DNA of 64,000 bases from Octopus vulgaris (Eukaryota). Positions 10,766-24,489 of this stretch are shown here, piece by piece; position 1 is the first letter of the stretch, and each line of letters starts with the position of its first letter. The translations under genes were made by a program, and so were the position numbers. The notes beneath the pieces are model-generated. The model did no database searches and was not told the origin of the DNA. It saw only the letters and a program-made list of their open reading frames with translations. The DNA is taken from positions 86,242,001 to 86,306,000 of the forward strand of contig OX597820.1 of the NCBI GenBank assembly GCA_951406725.2, in the 5' to 3' direction.

Positions 10766-11499
10766 AGAAGTTATGTGGCAGCCTGCAATTTCATAAAAAA
10801 GCATTGAACTCTGTAAAACAACTTTTGGAGTCGAGAGGTATAAAAACTAGAAACTCCCAGAACAAATCAGAGTGTAGAACGGGCAACCAAGTGCCTTCAA
10901 GATCTTTATGATGTTTATAAAAAGAAGGAGAAATTCACCTTCGATTTATTTTATCTAACAAACATAAAATACTTTGTTATGTCAAAAAAATCATTAACAT
11001 TCATCACCCTTTTTCTTTTACAGTTATTTTGCGTTTACAAGGATTTAGGCAACGGAAATACTGAGGTATGTATCTAGTGCCACATAGTGATTATAGTTTT
11101 AAAAGCCCATAACTCGGAAACTACTTCAACCAGAAAGCTGAAATTTCAGATATTGCATTGCATTGAGGCAGCACACCAAATTTGGTAAAAACCTGAGCAG
11201 GCGTTATGAACACAACTAGAATTTTGTATGATTTGGGTCAAAAGTGGTGATCGATTTCTTAAGCTGGAGGAGACGTTTTTTCCCAAATAAAGCAAAATAG
11301 ATGTTAGTTTCCTGACTTTTATGAAATTATTCATCGAATTACAATATAGGGTTATTAGGCTGTGAAAAAGTCATAACGTACGTAAATATTAATCTATATA
11401 GACTCATACGACTACATATAACAACATATATATATATTTCAATATCATGCATCTCAACATGTATGTATGGATTTCTACATATAAATGAGAGAAAGGGGA

Positions 11500-12330
11500 T
11501 GATTATAGATAGGTACTCCTGACTGGAATCTGGATGTTAACCCCATTCGGATTTACGGTTGAGGGTGGGTTTGTACTCCTGTATACAGACAGCTTCGCTG
11601 ACTTATCTCAGCAACAGTGGCTAGTGTAGATAGGATGGCTAACCTAAGTCTCCCTAAGGAGCCATTGTGGCAATATACATCATGCTGATAGAAGATGGAG
11701 TTTGGTGTTTTCTCAATGTAGTTGTCCAGATGTTCTTGAACCTATCATTGATGCATCTAGTTGTCTCACCAATATAGAACTCCAGTCCCTTCCTGGCACT
11801 TAATCTGGTATACGATGTTCGTTTTGCAGTTCACATATGTGTTTGTAGAACATACCACACAATTATTTCGACACGTGATTCTATCAAATGGGTATGACTT
11901 AATATAAATTTGATTGTCCTACCTGTCTTTTATACAACTTTGATCTTAAGGCCAATTTTGCGTAGGATTTCCTTAAATGCCCTACTTAACTCTTTCATAG
12001 GAGTAGCGTCAACAAACAGTACACTGTGAAACTTCTTGCTATCACATCAGTTACTATTTCTATATCTTTTGTTGATGTCTATCTCCAACTTATTCCAGAA
12101 CTTGTTGCGGTATAGTGGGCATGTACCGATTTCCTCATCACAGGAATGCGTTCGAATCTTGTCTCCACTCCTGATTCTATCGTACTGTGTGTAACCGGAA
12201 TGTTGGCTTCGGAATATGTAGTGCTGGATGTGTTGTTGCCGTTCTTGTGGTTAGCATAAAGGGGAAACTTTCCACATTTCTAAGCTGTGGATAGAAAATA
12301 CTGAGCTGAGGATAGAAAATACTAAGCACA
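11500..12330 (-). mobile_element. Penelope-like element 3' remnant (RT C-terminal linker plus GIY-YIG endonuclease), frameshifted
   Basis: Minus-strand peptides PLYRNKFWN, VLFVDATP...LSRAFKEIL and NIVYQIKC...FYIGETTRCINDRFK give the GIY-YIG signature of PLEs. Confidence 0.8.
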
Positions 12331-12569
12331 TATACACACACATACACGTCTACACACTTACATGCATAAATATTTATATACATATATACATACATAGTAC
12401 ATACATATATAAATACATGCCTATATCCGTATATGCATGCATATGCATGTACACATATGCATAGGTGGATGCATACATGCACACATACAGGCACATATAC
12501 ATACATACATAAAAACATACATACATACATATATACATGCATACATACATATGCACATATGTATCATGA

Positions 12570-12726
12570 AATAGCTGTTGCTTTCTCAGATGCAACACGA
12601 AGTTTTGTCGCGGTTTCAAGGCGACGAATATATTTTGACACAAATTAGATTTGAATGCTAAAGTGAAACTAATGGGTTTTGTGTGTTCTTAACTGGTTTA
12701 CAAAATCTTGCACGTTGCAATTGATC
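12570..12726 (+). repeat. Dispersed repeat homologous to 61450-61602
   Basis: Shared AGATGCA.CACG...GTCGCGGT.TCAA.GCGA.GAA.ATATTTTGACA...TGCAATTG. Confidence 0.7.
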
Positions 12727-12917
12727 ATATATATATATATAGGGCGGGGAGGTAAGAAGACGAGAGCGAAAATACACTTTGGATATTAAAAAATAAAGGC
12801 ATTTTTATGAAAAGGAACGATAAATATATACAATTAGATGAACTAAGGTAATATTAAGAGGAATAAAAGTCATTATTTTGAATTGTTAAAGAGATTCAAA
12901 GTCATACAATATCCATG

Positions 12918-12959
<42 letters not shown>

Positions 12960-13017
12960 TATATACATACGTACACGTACATACCTACATCTATATGTAT
13001 ATATACATGCATATATG

Positions 13018-13525
13018 GGTACAGGACATAAAAAAAACGTTGAACACAATGAGAAACGAAAACATAAAAAAACATGGAAGCAAACTTTTTGTCAAACAAC
13101 GAAAAAACAGAGTACAAGACATACAGCACTTGGAATATTCCCCTTCTTCAGTTGTCCCTGTTTCGTCTACTCCGCATTTTGAAGGTAAGGACGAGATCCG
13201 ACTACGTTGAAACAGTCCTTCCCGCAAAGCAAATTAAATAAAATTTGGGATTTTTTGCGGAGTGGTAGCAAGAACAGGGCAGTAAGTAAAAAACAAGAGA
13301 GTAAAAACAATACAAGTAAAAGCAGTAAAAGACAGGACAAAGAGAATAACACAGAAAAACAAACGATGAGGGTTGTTAAGCCAAGACGATGGAATAATTA
13401 TTGTGAACGCATTAAGGAGGCAGCTTATTAGAGAGAGAGAATAAGCCGTCTTGACTCGGTGATGATAGCAGTTGGAAAGATGGCTTCCTTCTAGTCACGT
13501 GTCAGTGACGAGAGTCGAGGAGGAG
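13018..13525. repeat. Dispersed repeat family member bounded by (TA)n tracts
   Basis: Shares CCCGCAA.GCAAATTAA.TAAAATTTGGGATTTT.GCGGA and TTC.TCAGTTGT with 40385-40945. Confidence 0.7.
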
Positions 13526-13567
13526 GATATATATATATATATATGTATGTATGTATATACATTATAC

Positions 13568-13609
<42 letters not shown>

Positions 13610-13680
13610 TTACAGATAAATTCATCTATTTACATAATATCGAGATCGCTTTCTTTCTTTTGGTGTCTTACCATTGTTAT

Positions 13681-13742
<62 letters not shown>

Positions 13743-14934
13743 TTTGAAGATAACCACGATCTGAAAATACAGACCACTAAAGTAATGTTACACCATTCGA
13801 TAAGATAACACATTTTATAAATGCAAATATGTGTGCGCATGCGCGCATGTGCGTGTATTTGTGTGTGTATTGATATTGATATATTGATATATTGATGTAT
13901 TATTAATCACTGTGTAACGCCTGACATTTCATTACCTGGGACTTCATATTCGGGTGTTTCTGTGTTAATGCTGTATTAAGTGAATAGTGCGTTACCTTAG
14001 GTCCTCAAATACATTTTCCTTTTAAGCCATGCATTCTCTTATGATTCCATAAAGTTACTATTTTTTAAACTGAAGATCAATAGAGTGAATTCACTCATTT
14101 TTGTTTTTTAATAATCTCCTCCACGTCGTATCACCAACAATGACATCACAAAAACCTCAACAACACCTTCACTATCACCCCCTTCGCCACAAGCATGACT
14201 GCTTGTCCCCATCACTAATATCAGCATCAGCATTACTAACAACATCATCATCATTACAATCTCCAGCCTTGGAGTATAAAATAGTAGAAATACAAACTAT
14301 ATTGACCGTCACGTTATCACGTCTACATTGGCCATCTAACATTTATTCGCCGTGTAAACATTATATATAACTGTGTCCATAATAATTTCTTTTTATCTAT
14401 AAATGCGATCTAACTGGATTTAACGTAATGTTTGTTTGCTTTTATAACATTTTCGTCAACTTAAATCGAGGAGGTTTTATTAAAGCAATAAATCGTTGGT
14501 TACGAGTAACGTACATTGATATGAGAGATTTTAATAAATAATAAATTTTGAGATCATAAATTTTCTTTACGGTTTCAAAATTATAACCGGTTATTTATCT
14601 TCGAAGTGTAGCGATGTTGAAGTATAATGTTTTGAAGTTATAACTGCAATTTATTTCAATCAGATATTGAGAAATTGCTAGCCTTAGAAAATCAAGGTAA
14701 TTTACATTTAGACACTCGTCTACTCTTCCCATTTTTTAAAAGTATATTACATCAATTCTAAATATAGTTAAGATAACATATCGTTTCTTTGTTCGTTTCC
14801 ATCTCGTAGTTTTCTTATGATGTTGATACTCTTTCAAAGTGACTTGTGTGTGTGTGTGTGTGTCACTCCCTCCCTCCCTCCTCTCTCTCCCATCTCTCCC
14901 TCTCCTTCTCCTCCTCTTCTCTGCCCCCTCTCTC

Positions 14935-15430
14935 TCTGTATATATAAAACTGAGTATGTGTGTGTGTGTGTGTGTCTGCCTGTCTGTCTATATGCATGTA
15001 TGTGTGAAGCACTAAAACCGTTTTCATTTAAATTTCACGCATGCATTAGTTAGGGTCCATGGAGTGTAATGGGCCAAAGACATTTCTCTACTTCTAGCCA
15101 AATGCAAGACCGGACCAATCTATTTGACTGGTTCTCTAACACGTGTCAAAAGTGAAACAAGACCATCAATATTGTAATGTCATATAATATTGTTTCACTT
15201 TTATTCTTTCACTTTTAGTTCTAATGTGATAATACTAAGATCATCTTATTTTACACATTTACCGTTCAATTACCTGTTAATAATTATCGTCGCAGTTGCA
15301 ACGTTGCAAGATATTTACAGTTATATACTAACCCTTAAATTAACATTTAATATAAGTGCTTAATCTATATATATAAAATTATTTGTCTCTGAGTCTATCT
15401 CTCTGTTATCACAACTGCGACAAGTTAGGT
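14935..15430 (+). mobile_element. Probable Helitron 5' ends (14935 and 15364), no 3' end found
   Basis: TCTGTATATATAAAACTGAGTATGTGTG...TCTGTC and A|TCTATATATATAAAATTATTTGTCT resemble the 5' end at 59023. Confidence 0.4.
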
Positions 15431-15660
15431 ACATATGTGTGTATGTATATATATATATATATAAATATATATATATCGCTTTTGGATTTGGTTTGCAAGA
15501 TTATAGAAAAGGTTACAAGACTACTGAAAAGGTTGCAAGACGTAACGAAAATGTTAGGAAAATAAAAATAAGAAATAAGTGGAAATTTTACCGGTGTGTG
15601 TGTTAAATTATAAGGCACAAAAAGAAAATGACTCTCCCAACGCACAACAGTATATATACT

Positions 15661-15778
<118 letters not shown>

Positions 15779-15781
15779 CAC

Positions 15782-16078
15782 AATAGCCTCTGGCCAACCA
15801 AACCCTTGTGAATGGATTTCGTACACGGAAACCGAAAGAAGACTGTCGTATATGTGTATATTTGTGTGTGTGGGTATATGTGTGTGAGTGCGTGAGTATG
15901 TGTGTGTTGGGGTTTGTACACCCACCATCGCTTAACAACCGATGTTGGTGTGTTTACGTCCCCGTAACTTAGCAGTTCAGCAAAAGATACCGATAGAATA
16001 AGTACTAGGCTTACCAAGAATAAATCCTGGTGTCGATTTGTTCGACTAAAGGCAGTACTCTGACGTAGCCACAGTGCA
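15782..16078 (+). mobile_element. 5'-truncated CORE-like tRNA SINE
   Basis: Homologous to the reverse complement of 19031-19350 (TTGTGA.TGGATTT.GTA.ACGGAAAC.GAAAGAAG...GTTTACGTCCCCGTAACTTAGC). Confidence 0.85.
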
Positions 16079-16599
16079 CAAAAATATATGTATGTTTGTG
16101 TGTGAGACTGTGTGTGTGTGTGAATGTGTGTGTGTGTGTGTGTGTACAGAGCGATAATAGTACAATATATTCATACATACACATATATACATATATAATG
16201 CATATCTGTGTGTATATGTGTGTGTGTATCTATATGCGTGCATGTATGTATGCATTTATATATGTATGTATGTGTGTATGTAAGGGTTTGTATGTATAAT
16301 TTTTTGTGTTTAATTTTAGTTCTTCAGAGAGTTCGAGCGGATTGTTAATGAAGCAACAAAACTTTTTGAATTGAGAGAGTTCCCGGTGTTTGTAAATATG
16401 CGGTTGAGTTGGTTTCATGGCTGAAATGTTGATGCATACACCCAAATGTGTGCATCTTTTCACATAAGAATCTCACATGGAGAATTTTTTAAATGTCTTA
16501 TAAATCTTCACTGTGACACATTGGATTAGGAAAATCTGCATCATTTTATTTATTTATTTTTTTTCTATGAAACTGAATATTTCTAGGTTTTTGTGCAAA

Positions 16600-17930
16600 T
16601 TTATTGTTACATAACATAATGCAGCTATTGTAATAGATACAAATGAGAATTCATACTTAAGGTACAAGAGCGGTAAGTTCTGCATTAATTCGCCATGAAT
16701 GTCCTCTTTTTCCTGGGCTTTTGATTTTATAACTGACCTCTACAACATTGCATGATTTTTGTTCCCTGCCCCACAGAATAATATGTTTGGACCGAATTAG
16801 TGTTTTTATTGTGGTGATCCACCAGTATTTCTTCTTTTGAAAGGGGTGAATATCTAATGGTTCTGACATGCCTTTGTGGTACACGTCAGGGCAATCCTTC
16901 CTACAGATAGTACTGTAAAGAGTCTTTGCCGTTTTATCATACCTCACGGGCAGGTAGTGTCTCGTAGAAATTCTGGTGCAGCTGCTGCTAATGTAAGTGA
17001 TATCTTCCACACTAGTATAGCAGATCTAACATTTTCTTTTTGTTATCGCAACGTGAAGTTTTTGAGGTAACTTTGCCTCTTTTGTCTATCAGGTATTTAG
17101 TAGCTATCACCTGTTCCTGGATAGCGAAGACATAGGTGAGATGTAAAGCATTTATCGCAGGTCCAGAAGAGGACAATCGTCTCGTCAGCGCTGTTGTTAT
17201 TCTCTGTCTTACGGGATATGTACCCATGTATTGGTTTTTGATGGTATGATGCCTGTTTCTTCTCCAAGCTACTGTTTATATAGGCAAGTCCAATCTTCTT
17301 TGGGTCCCATGAAACAGTTGTATTTTCAGAGTATCATCAAAAATATTTCCTCTCCAACTTTGAAGATTTTGTTATTCTCCCTTTTAAATATGCATGGAAT
17401 ATACTAATTTCTTTCTTTACTGTTTAGCAGTTGTTGTCTGAGTGATACAATGCTACATTCAAAGACTTTTTGGACCGACCTTATACCTCTACCACCAGCA
17501 TTTCGCCTCACATATAACCTATCAGTGTCGCTGTTAATCTGCAGTTTGCAGGTAACGGTCATTGCCTTTCTGGCTTTGATCTCCAGACCGCGTATCTTAT
17601 CGAGAGTCCACTTCAATATCCCAAATCTTGGTACTAACATTGGTACTGCAAAAACATTGATAATTGCAGGTAACTCCCAGTTCCATATTTTCTGGTGTCT
17701 ACAAAATCACTCTTTTGTTATTCAGGCATTAGTTACAGCACTAATGCATGCAAAATTCTCATCAATTCCGCTTTACTTGTAGATTTCATCATTAGAGACA
17801 GAGGAGATAGAGAAACTGTTAATGTACATGTTCTCTACCTGGCGACAACCTTTCTTTGGTTGACTATTATGTATGTGTATCTACCTCCATTCCTAAATCG
17901 CGTGAGAATGGTGTGACTAGTTCGAATTCT
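16600..17930 (-). mobile_element. R4/Dong-type RLE LINE fragment (RT C-terminus, thumb, zinc knuckle, start of RLE), frameshifted
   Basis: Peptides YKYSGI, FGILKWT...DRLYVRRNAGGRGI, FAIQEQVIATK and EDITYISSSC...RYDKTAK in ORFs 17404-17640, 17012-17227 and 16657-17010. Confidence 0.85.
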
Positions 17931-18547
17931 CTCTGGATGTTGGTGATATTACCAGAATATAACTTTAGCTCATCAACAAAAAATTCGTGGGTAACATGCA
18001 TGTATGTATGCATATATTTATTGTACTCTGATATCGCTTACTCAAAATTTTAATAATAATTATTACCTCTGAGGTTTTTATTCCCATGCTAGCCACTTAA
18101 TAAGATCGGTATTTTAAATAACGATATTATCCTTATTTATATAAATTTATATATTTACTTCATCATTATATTCACTGCGGTGGTATTTTGACCATATCGT
18201 ACGAGGAGTTTAGGCGGGCAATTTTAACTGGTCGTGTGCATACGTGCATATATGTGTATGTATACGTGCGTATATGTAAGTATTCGTATGGTGTATATGT
18301 ATATATTTGTATTTATGTACTATTTTGTGTGTATTTCACTGATGAGGCAAAGAATTTCTTATGCAAAGACAAAAATCCGGGATCTGGAATTATCCAATAA
18401 TTTTTGCAAGTTTATTTTTGTCGTTTTGTCTTCTCTCCTGGTGCTGTGTGAACATTTAATGTCGTTTTAGAGTCAAGTTTTGGCTGCTACATTCAGCATG
18501 ATGGTATGTTTTAGATACCATTAATTATCATTTAAATAATAATTGTA

Positions 18548-18579
<32 letters not shown>

Positions 18580-18801
18580 GCAATAAGAAAATTGAGAACA
18601 ATAAGTGTTTCATCAAATTTTAGACATTATATTATGTTAACTTATTTATTTAATTACTAAACTGATAATTACAATGATATACATACATGTAACATATTAT
18701 TCTTTCCATATAAGATATAAGATATAAAATATAGTAATATAAAATATATAAGGATACCAGAAATTATTATAAAAGACACGAATATAATATAAATTGGGAA
18801 A

Positions 18802-18930
18802 ATAACTTACAGCTGTTTCAGCCAATATATAAAAATACCACATTCTACCTTTATTACTCAAGTGGATTGAAGTAATAGGTAGATAAACATGAGGTACTTG
18901 TGTATGTCTGTAGCCTTCTTCAGAGATTAT
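18802..18930 (-). ncRNA. Type I hammerhead ribozyme motif with ~95-nt rod-like stem II
   Basis: Minus strand: AUAAUCU CUGAAGA A GGCUA...UGGCU GAAAC AGCU GUA AGUUAU. Stem III is palindromic (ACAGCUGU), and stem II contains nested pairing UCUACCU AUUACU / AGUAAU AGGUAGA. Confidence 0.7.
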
Positions 18931-19030
18931 AAAGTACATAATGTTAAACTATAATAACTATAAATATAAAATACACACACATCTGAATATTTATATATAT
19001 AGATATAAATATACATACATATATAGATAT

Positions 19031-19232
19031 ACTCCTTTACTTGTTTCAGTCATTTGACCGCGGCCATGCTGGAGCACCGCCTTTAGTCGAGCAAATCGAC
19101 CCCGGGACTTATTCTTTGTAAGCCCAGTACTTATTCTATCGGTCTCCTTTGCCGAACTGCTAAGTAACGGGGACGTAAACACACCAGCATCGGTTGTCAA
19201 GCAATGCTAGGGGGACAAACACAGACATACAA

Positions 19233-19280
<48 letters not shown>

Positions 19281-19443
19281 GACAGGCTTCTTTCAGTTTC
19301 CGTCTACCAAATCCACTCACAAGGCATTGGTCGGCCCGGGGCTATAGCAGAAGGCACTTGCCCAAGATGCCACGCAGTGGGACTGAACCCGGAACCATAT
19401 GGTTGGCTCGCAAGATACTTACCACACAGCCACTCCTGCGCCT
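19031..19443 (-). mobile_element. Full-length tRNA-derived SINE with CORE-like segment and internal (TA)n/(TG)n
   Basis: Minus strand has A box TGGCTGTGTGG, B box GGTTCAGTCCC and CORE-like CATCTTGGGCAAGTG. Many homologues occur in the window. Confidence 0.9.
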
Positions 19444-19934
19444 ATATTATTATATATAAATTATTATGTATATACTGGAATATACATACATATCTACATC
19501 CATAAACATGTATAATATTCAGTTATTAGTAATATTATTAATATTAGAGGCATTCTGTTATTCACAATAGATAGTATATAGAATATAGAATATAATATAT
19601 AACCAGATATTTTTCAAAGTTATAAGGATAGTAATTTCACAATCAATATATCAATATATGATACAGTTATTACAGTTATGTCAAAACTAATCTGCATACA
19701 AATCGACGAACGTATATATGCATATGCACACATACATATACGCAAAAACATATATATACATAATGGTAAAATATCTCTTTACCTTCACTCATTTAATACA
19801 CTAGGTAATATAATTGTAATGCAATAAAAAACAACACTTGTGTATTAATACTTTGGTATTCTACCAGCAGTATATTGGATAGATATTATTCCTCAGTGGG
19901 TTGGATCCACAACCTCTAACTTTCTTGAAGTTAC

Positions 19935-19998
<64 letters not shown>

Positions 19999-20393
19999 GG
20001 CCTCAATGGCCGAACACTAGTCACACGCTTGAAACTCATATATATGGTAACAAGGAGTCTGAATCAAACTGTTCTGATATATATATATATATATCTGTCT
20101 GGCTGTCCATCTCTCACTTTATCTATCTCTGTATATATATGTATATATATATATTGACGTATATCTATGTATCTATCTATCTGTCTGTCTGCCTGTCTGT
20201 ATGCCTATCTATCTGTCTATCTATCCATCTATGTGTATATATATATACAGAGATGGATAGACAGATAGATAGGCAGACAGACAGGCAGGCAGACAGGCAG
20301 GCAGACAGACAGACAGTTAGATAGATACATAAATAGAGAGATAGATAGATAGATTGACAGATAGATAGATAGATAGATACATACATACATACA

Positions 20394-20427
<34 letters not shown>

Positions 20428-20682
20428 CATACATACAGTATACTACCAAAAGACGACAACAAAGAATTTATTTATGCACTGCAGCCTCTGGCGTCCAACA
20501 ATGTTAATATAACCTAGGTACTAATAAATCCTGGAACTGACCTATATGTATGTGTGTGTGTGTGTGTGTGTGTTTAGCGTGTACGTGCGTGAGTGTGTGT
20601 GCATATATATATATTCATGCATATATATATAGAGAGAGAGAGACAGAGAAAGTGAGAGAGAGATGGAGAAACATAGATAGAC

Positions 20683-20749
<67 letters not shown>

Positions 20750-21114
20750 AAGATAGATAGATAGACTGACAGACAGAGAGAGAAACAGGCAGACAGACGG
20801 ACGGATTGATGGATGGATGGATTAATGGATGGATGGATTAATGGATGGATATAGATATACAGGAATATTCAACAAAACACTTCATTTCACGTTGCTCTGC
20901 GATTACTTCGTCATCCAATACGTGATATGTCGTGCTCACTTTGAGCACAAACATTTGGTTACTATAAACAAATCATTTGTGTGGTTGTTCAACAAGAAAT
21001 TGCAGAGCTCTCATATGACATCTCACAAGTGAGACCTTACTCTCTCTCTCTCTTTCTCTCTCTCTCTCACGCTCTCTTTCTCTCTCTCTCTCTCACTCTC
21101 TCTTTCTTTCTCTT

Positions 21115-21145
<31 letters not shown>

Positions 21146-21453
21146 GTATTAAGAAACATGGATGGAATCAAGTTTGGCTACAGCTGTTTCAACAGCATTT
21201 TTATTGATTAATTGTCGATTGCTACAATTACAACATTAAAAAAAACACTTTGAGCCGGTGATTTTAAACTTTGGTGGAAGAAGAAATTATGAATTAATGC
21301 GCCTCGCTGGGCATCGACAGAAATCTATCCTTTCCCAGCGTCCTGAATGATAGGATATCTATATTCTAACGAATAGACATACATGTAAAAGTAATATATA
21401 AACATATATACACATGTATGCATGTATGTATGTATGTATGTATGTATATATAT

Positions 21454-21556
<103 letters not shown>

Positions 21557-21560
21557 TATA

Positions 21561-21604
<44 letters not shown>

Positions 21605-21665
21605 TATAAACATACATATATATGCCTATGAATTCAGTGAAGCATACTTGTATATACTATACTTG

Positions 21666-21704
<39 letters not shown>

Positions 21705-21867
21705 CTTAATATATATATAATGTAAATATATATATATACACACATATATAGTCATATATATATATGTACTTATGTATATGTGAGCGCGTGCGCGTATGTG
21801 TGTGTGAGTGTGCTTGCGCACCTGTGTGTATGTGTGTGATTGGAATCAAATATACACACACAGACAA

Positions 21868-21916
<49 letters not shown>

Positions 21917-22508
21917 GAGAGAGGGGGAGTGTGTTAGTTACATAGGCGACATACGCATAACCCACCACTGCCACACACATACACACAAACTAAACTCTTG
22001 TTCAGACAAAATGATTTGATGACCGAACAAAGGACAATCTGAATGTTGCGGCATTAAGTCAGTCGTAATACACAATACAATAGAATAGAACAAAGTTGTT
22101 CCAGAGCCAATAATGCGATATAATAAATTAAATAGAGACGCCGGACATTGTTGCAAAAACTACAAATATATGGCAGCTCTATCTTTCATCTTCCTGGTTA
22201 GATTTCCTGTTTTGTTGTTATTGTAGTAGTTGGAGATTTGGGCTTTTTTTTTCTTCCTTTCTGTTTATTTTATAAGCATTTATTATTATTATTATTTGTA
22301 GATTTCATTATATTTATATATTTAATGTTTTGTTTGAATTTTTTTATATTTTTGTAGGAGGCTTCGTAAATGAAAGAAAATAGTTGGAAGAAAATTGAAT
22401 GTTTGTGGCGTTGATGGAGATAATACCTCAGGTGGTGGTGGTGGTGGTTGTGGTGGTGGTAGTGAGCGCTATATTAAGTGATTTAATTATAGGTTTGAAA
22501 TATATGTA

Positions 22509-22601
<93 letters not shown>

Positions 22602-24447
22602 GAGTGTGTATATGTGTAAATATGTACATATATATTCGGGTGTTTGAAGTTATATAGAAACATTCACATTGTAAACGATTAACATATACGGGTATAAGTT
22701 ATAAAGTAGAATAAAGGTTATATGAGGTATGACTCGAAGCAAATTGTAGAGCAGATATATAAGCTTCATATAATAGATTGCGGACAGTCACTTACAAATT
22801 TTCCCACCCTAAGAAATTTAAAACTTATTCTTTCTTCTTAAGATATAAAAATGCACGCGTCGCGTAATATTTTATATCTGACGAGTTGTCTTGTAGTATC
22901 TGTTCCTTGTACTCTGAGTTATTTCTCCGGGTACTGGTGGAAATGACTAATCACTCGTCTACTCGCAGTAACAGGACATAGACCTAGCACTGTCACAATA
23001 TGGCAGCAACGCTACAACTGATATTGTTCCAAATTTTAGAATACGTAGTACCGAAGCAAATATAACGTTATACCGCAATCGACAACTCAAATACTATACT
23101 GATATCATAGAGCCATAGCCAAACTCCCAATATGACGTGTCCGGTTCCATTGTCCGGTTGTGTAGTTTATCCAATTTCAATTCCTAGTTGCTTACAGCAT
23201 CCGGTCTTGATTCCCTATTTCTACCATTTCGCTTTAATGTCCTCAAGTCACAATTTCCTACCTGTTCTGTACTAAATTTTAGAAAGTTGACCAACAGTTT
23301 TGGTTTTGTATAACATGTCTCTTTATTATCAAATTATTTTACTTTATAAACCAGAATCTGTATTAAGCTAAGTTTACACATCTTACATTTATCTACAAAA
23401 TTATTTCATTTTGCTAATAGTATATATGAATATATTTACAGAATCTTCTCATCCTTCAACCATTGACTGCTACTCAAATAATTTTAATATATGCCATCGA
23501 TCGCCCACTTACTCCTTCAGTACATCAATAAATGAACTAGTCCATTTGCTTTGGCATATATATATATAATTGATTTTTAAAGCTCTGTAAATATGTTTAT
23601 TAGTCAGTAAATTCATATATTTTTAACTTATATTCATAGCTGTCGGCTGACTTAAAATGTGCATTTTCAAATTAGTAACATTTCAGTCACTAACGTTAAT
23701 ATGAATAACTCACCTAGAGGAGAAAAGCGGTGAGTTGCCCCCGCCTTCTTTTCTTCCACTCCTCTCTCCCTTTGTGTATGTGTATATATATGCGTGTGTG
23801 TGCGCGCATGTGTGTATGTTTGAGTGTATGTGTATATATGTGCCTGTGTCTGTGTACGAGTGCACATGGATGTATTTATGCATGTGTGTCAGTGTATATG
23901 TGGCTGTTTTCTACACTGATTTGGAATCTTACAAATAACCATCAGCGAATCATCGCTACTTGAGCCACGATGACGGCTACACGTCGAAAGGAACGCGGCT
24001 CCTCTGCACGGCTAACAACTAATACAGCTTAGAGAGTAATCTAAATCATACAAGAGAACTTCTCTACTGTTTTCGAATATACTCGTCTGTTTCTTAAGTT
24101 AATTTTTCAAAAGCGAATGAAGTAAGCTTCCTATACGGAAAATGTCGCGATTCCTTGACTCCACGATTTTCTTCTATTCTTTCTTTTTTTTTACTGTTTG
24201 CCAGAGACCGCTGTCAAATATTTCGAAAGTCCGTTAACGTAAATCACATCCTAAGATAGTTCCCCCATCAGCTACCCTATAATTCAAGTTTCGTATTCTC
24301 TCCCACTTTAGAAATAATCTCTTAGCAAAGTACAGAATTTCAGGAAAGTCATTCATCCAATCGGTCTATTACAGAGAATAATGATTTAGCGATAACACAT
24401 GAGTTATGTTTTCTTTCTCTCTCTCTCTCTCTCTCTCTCCCACTCCT

Positions 24448-24489
<42 letters not shown>

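Noticed and set aside
22878-23106. Hammerhead with a 200-nt stem II (CUGACGA GUUGUC...GACAAC)
   Set aside because: The GAAA box is replaced by UCAAA and stems I and III are unconvincing. An 8-bp inverted match can be chance.
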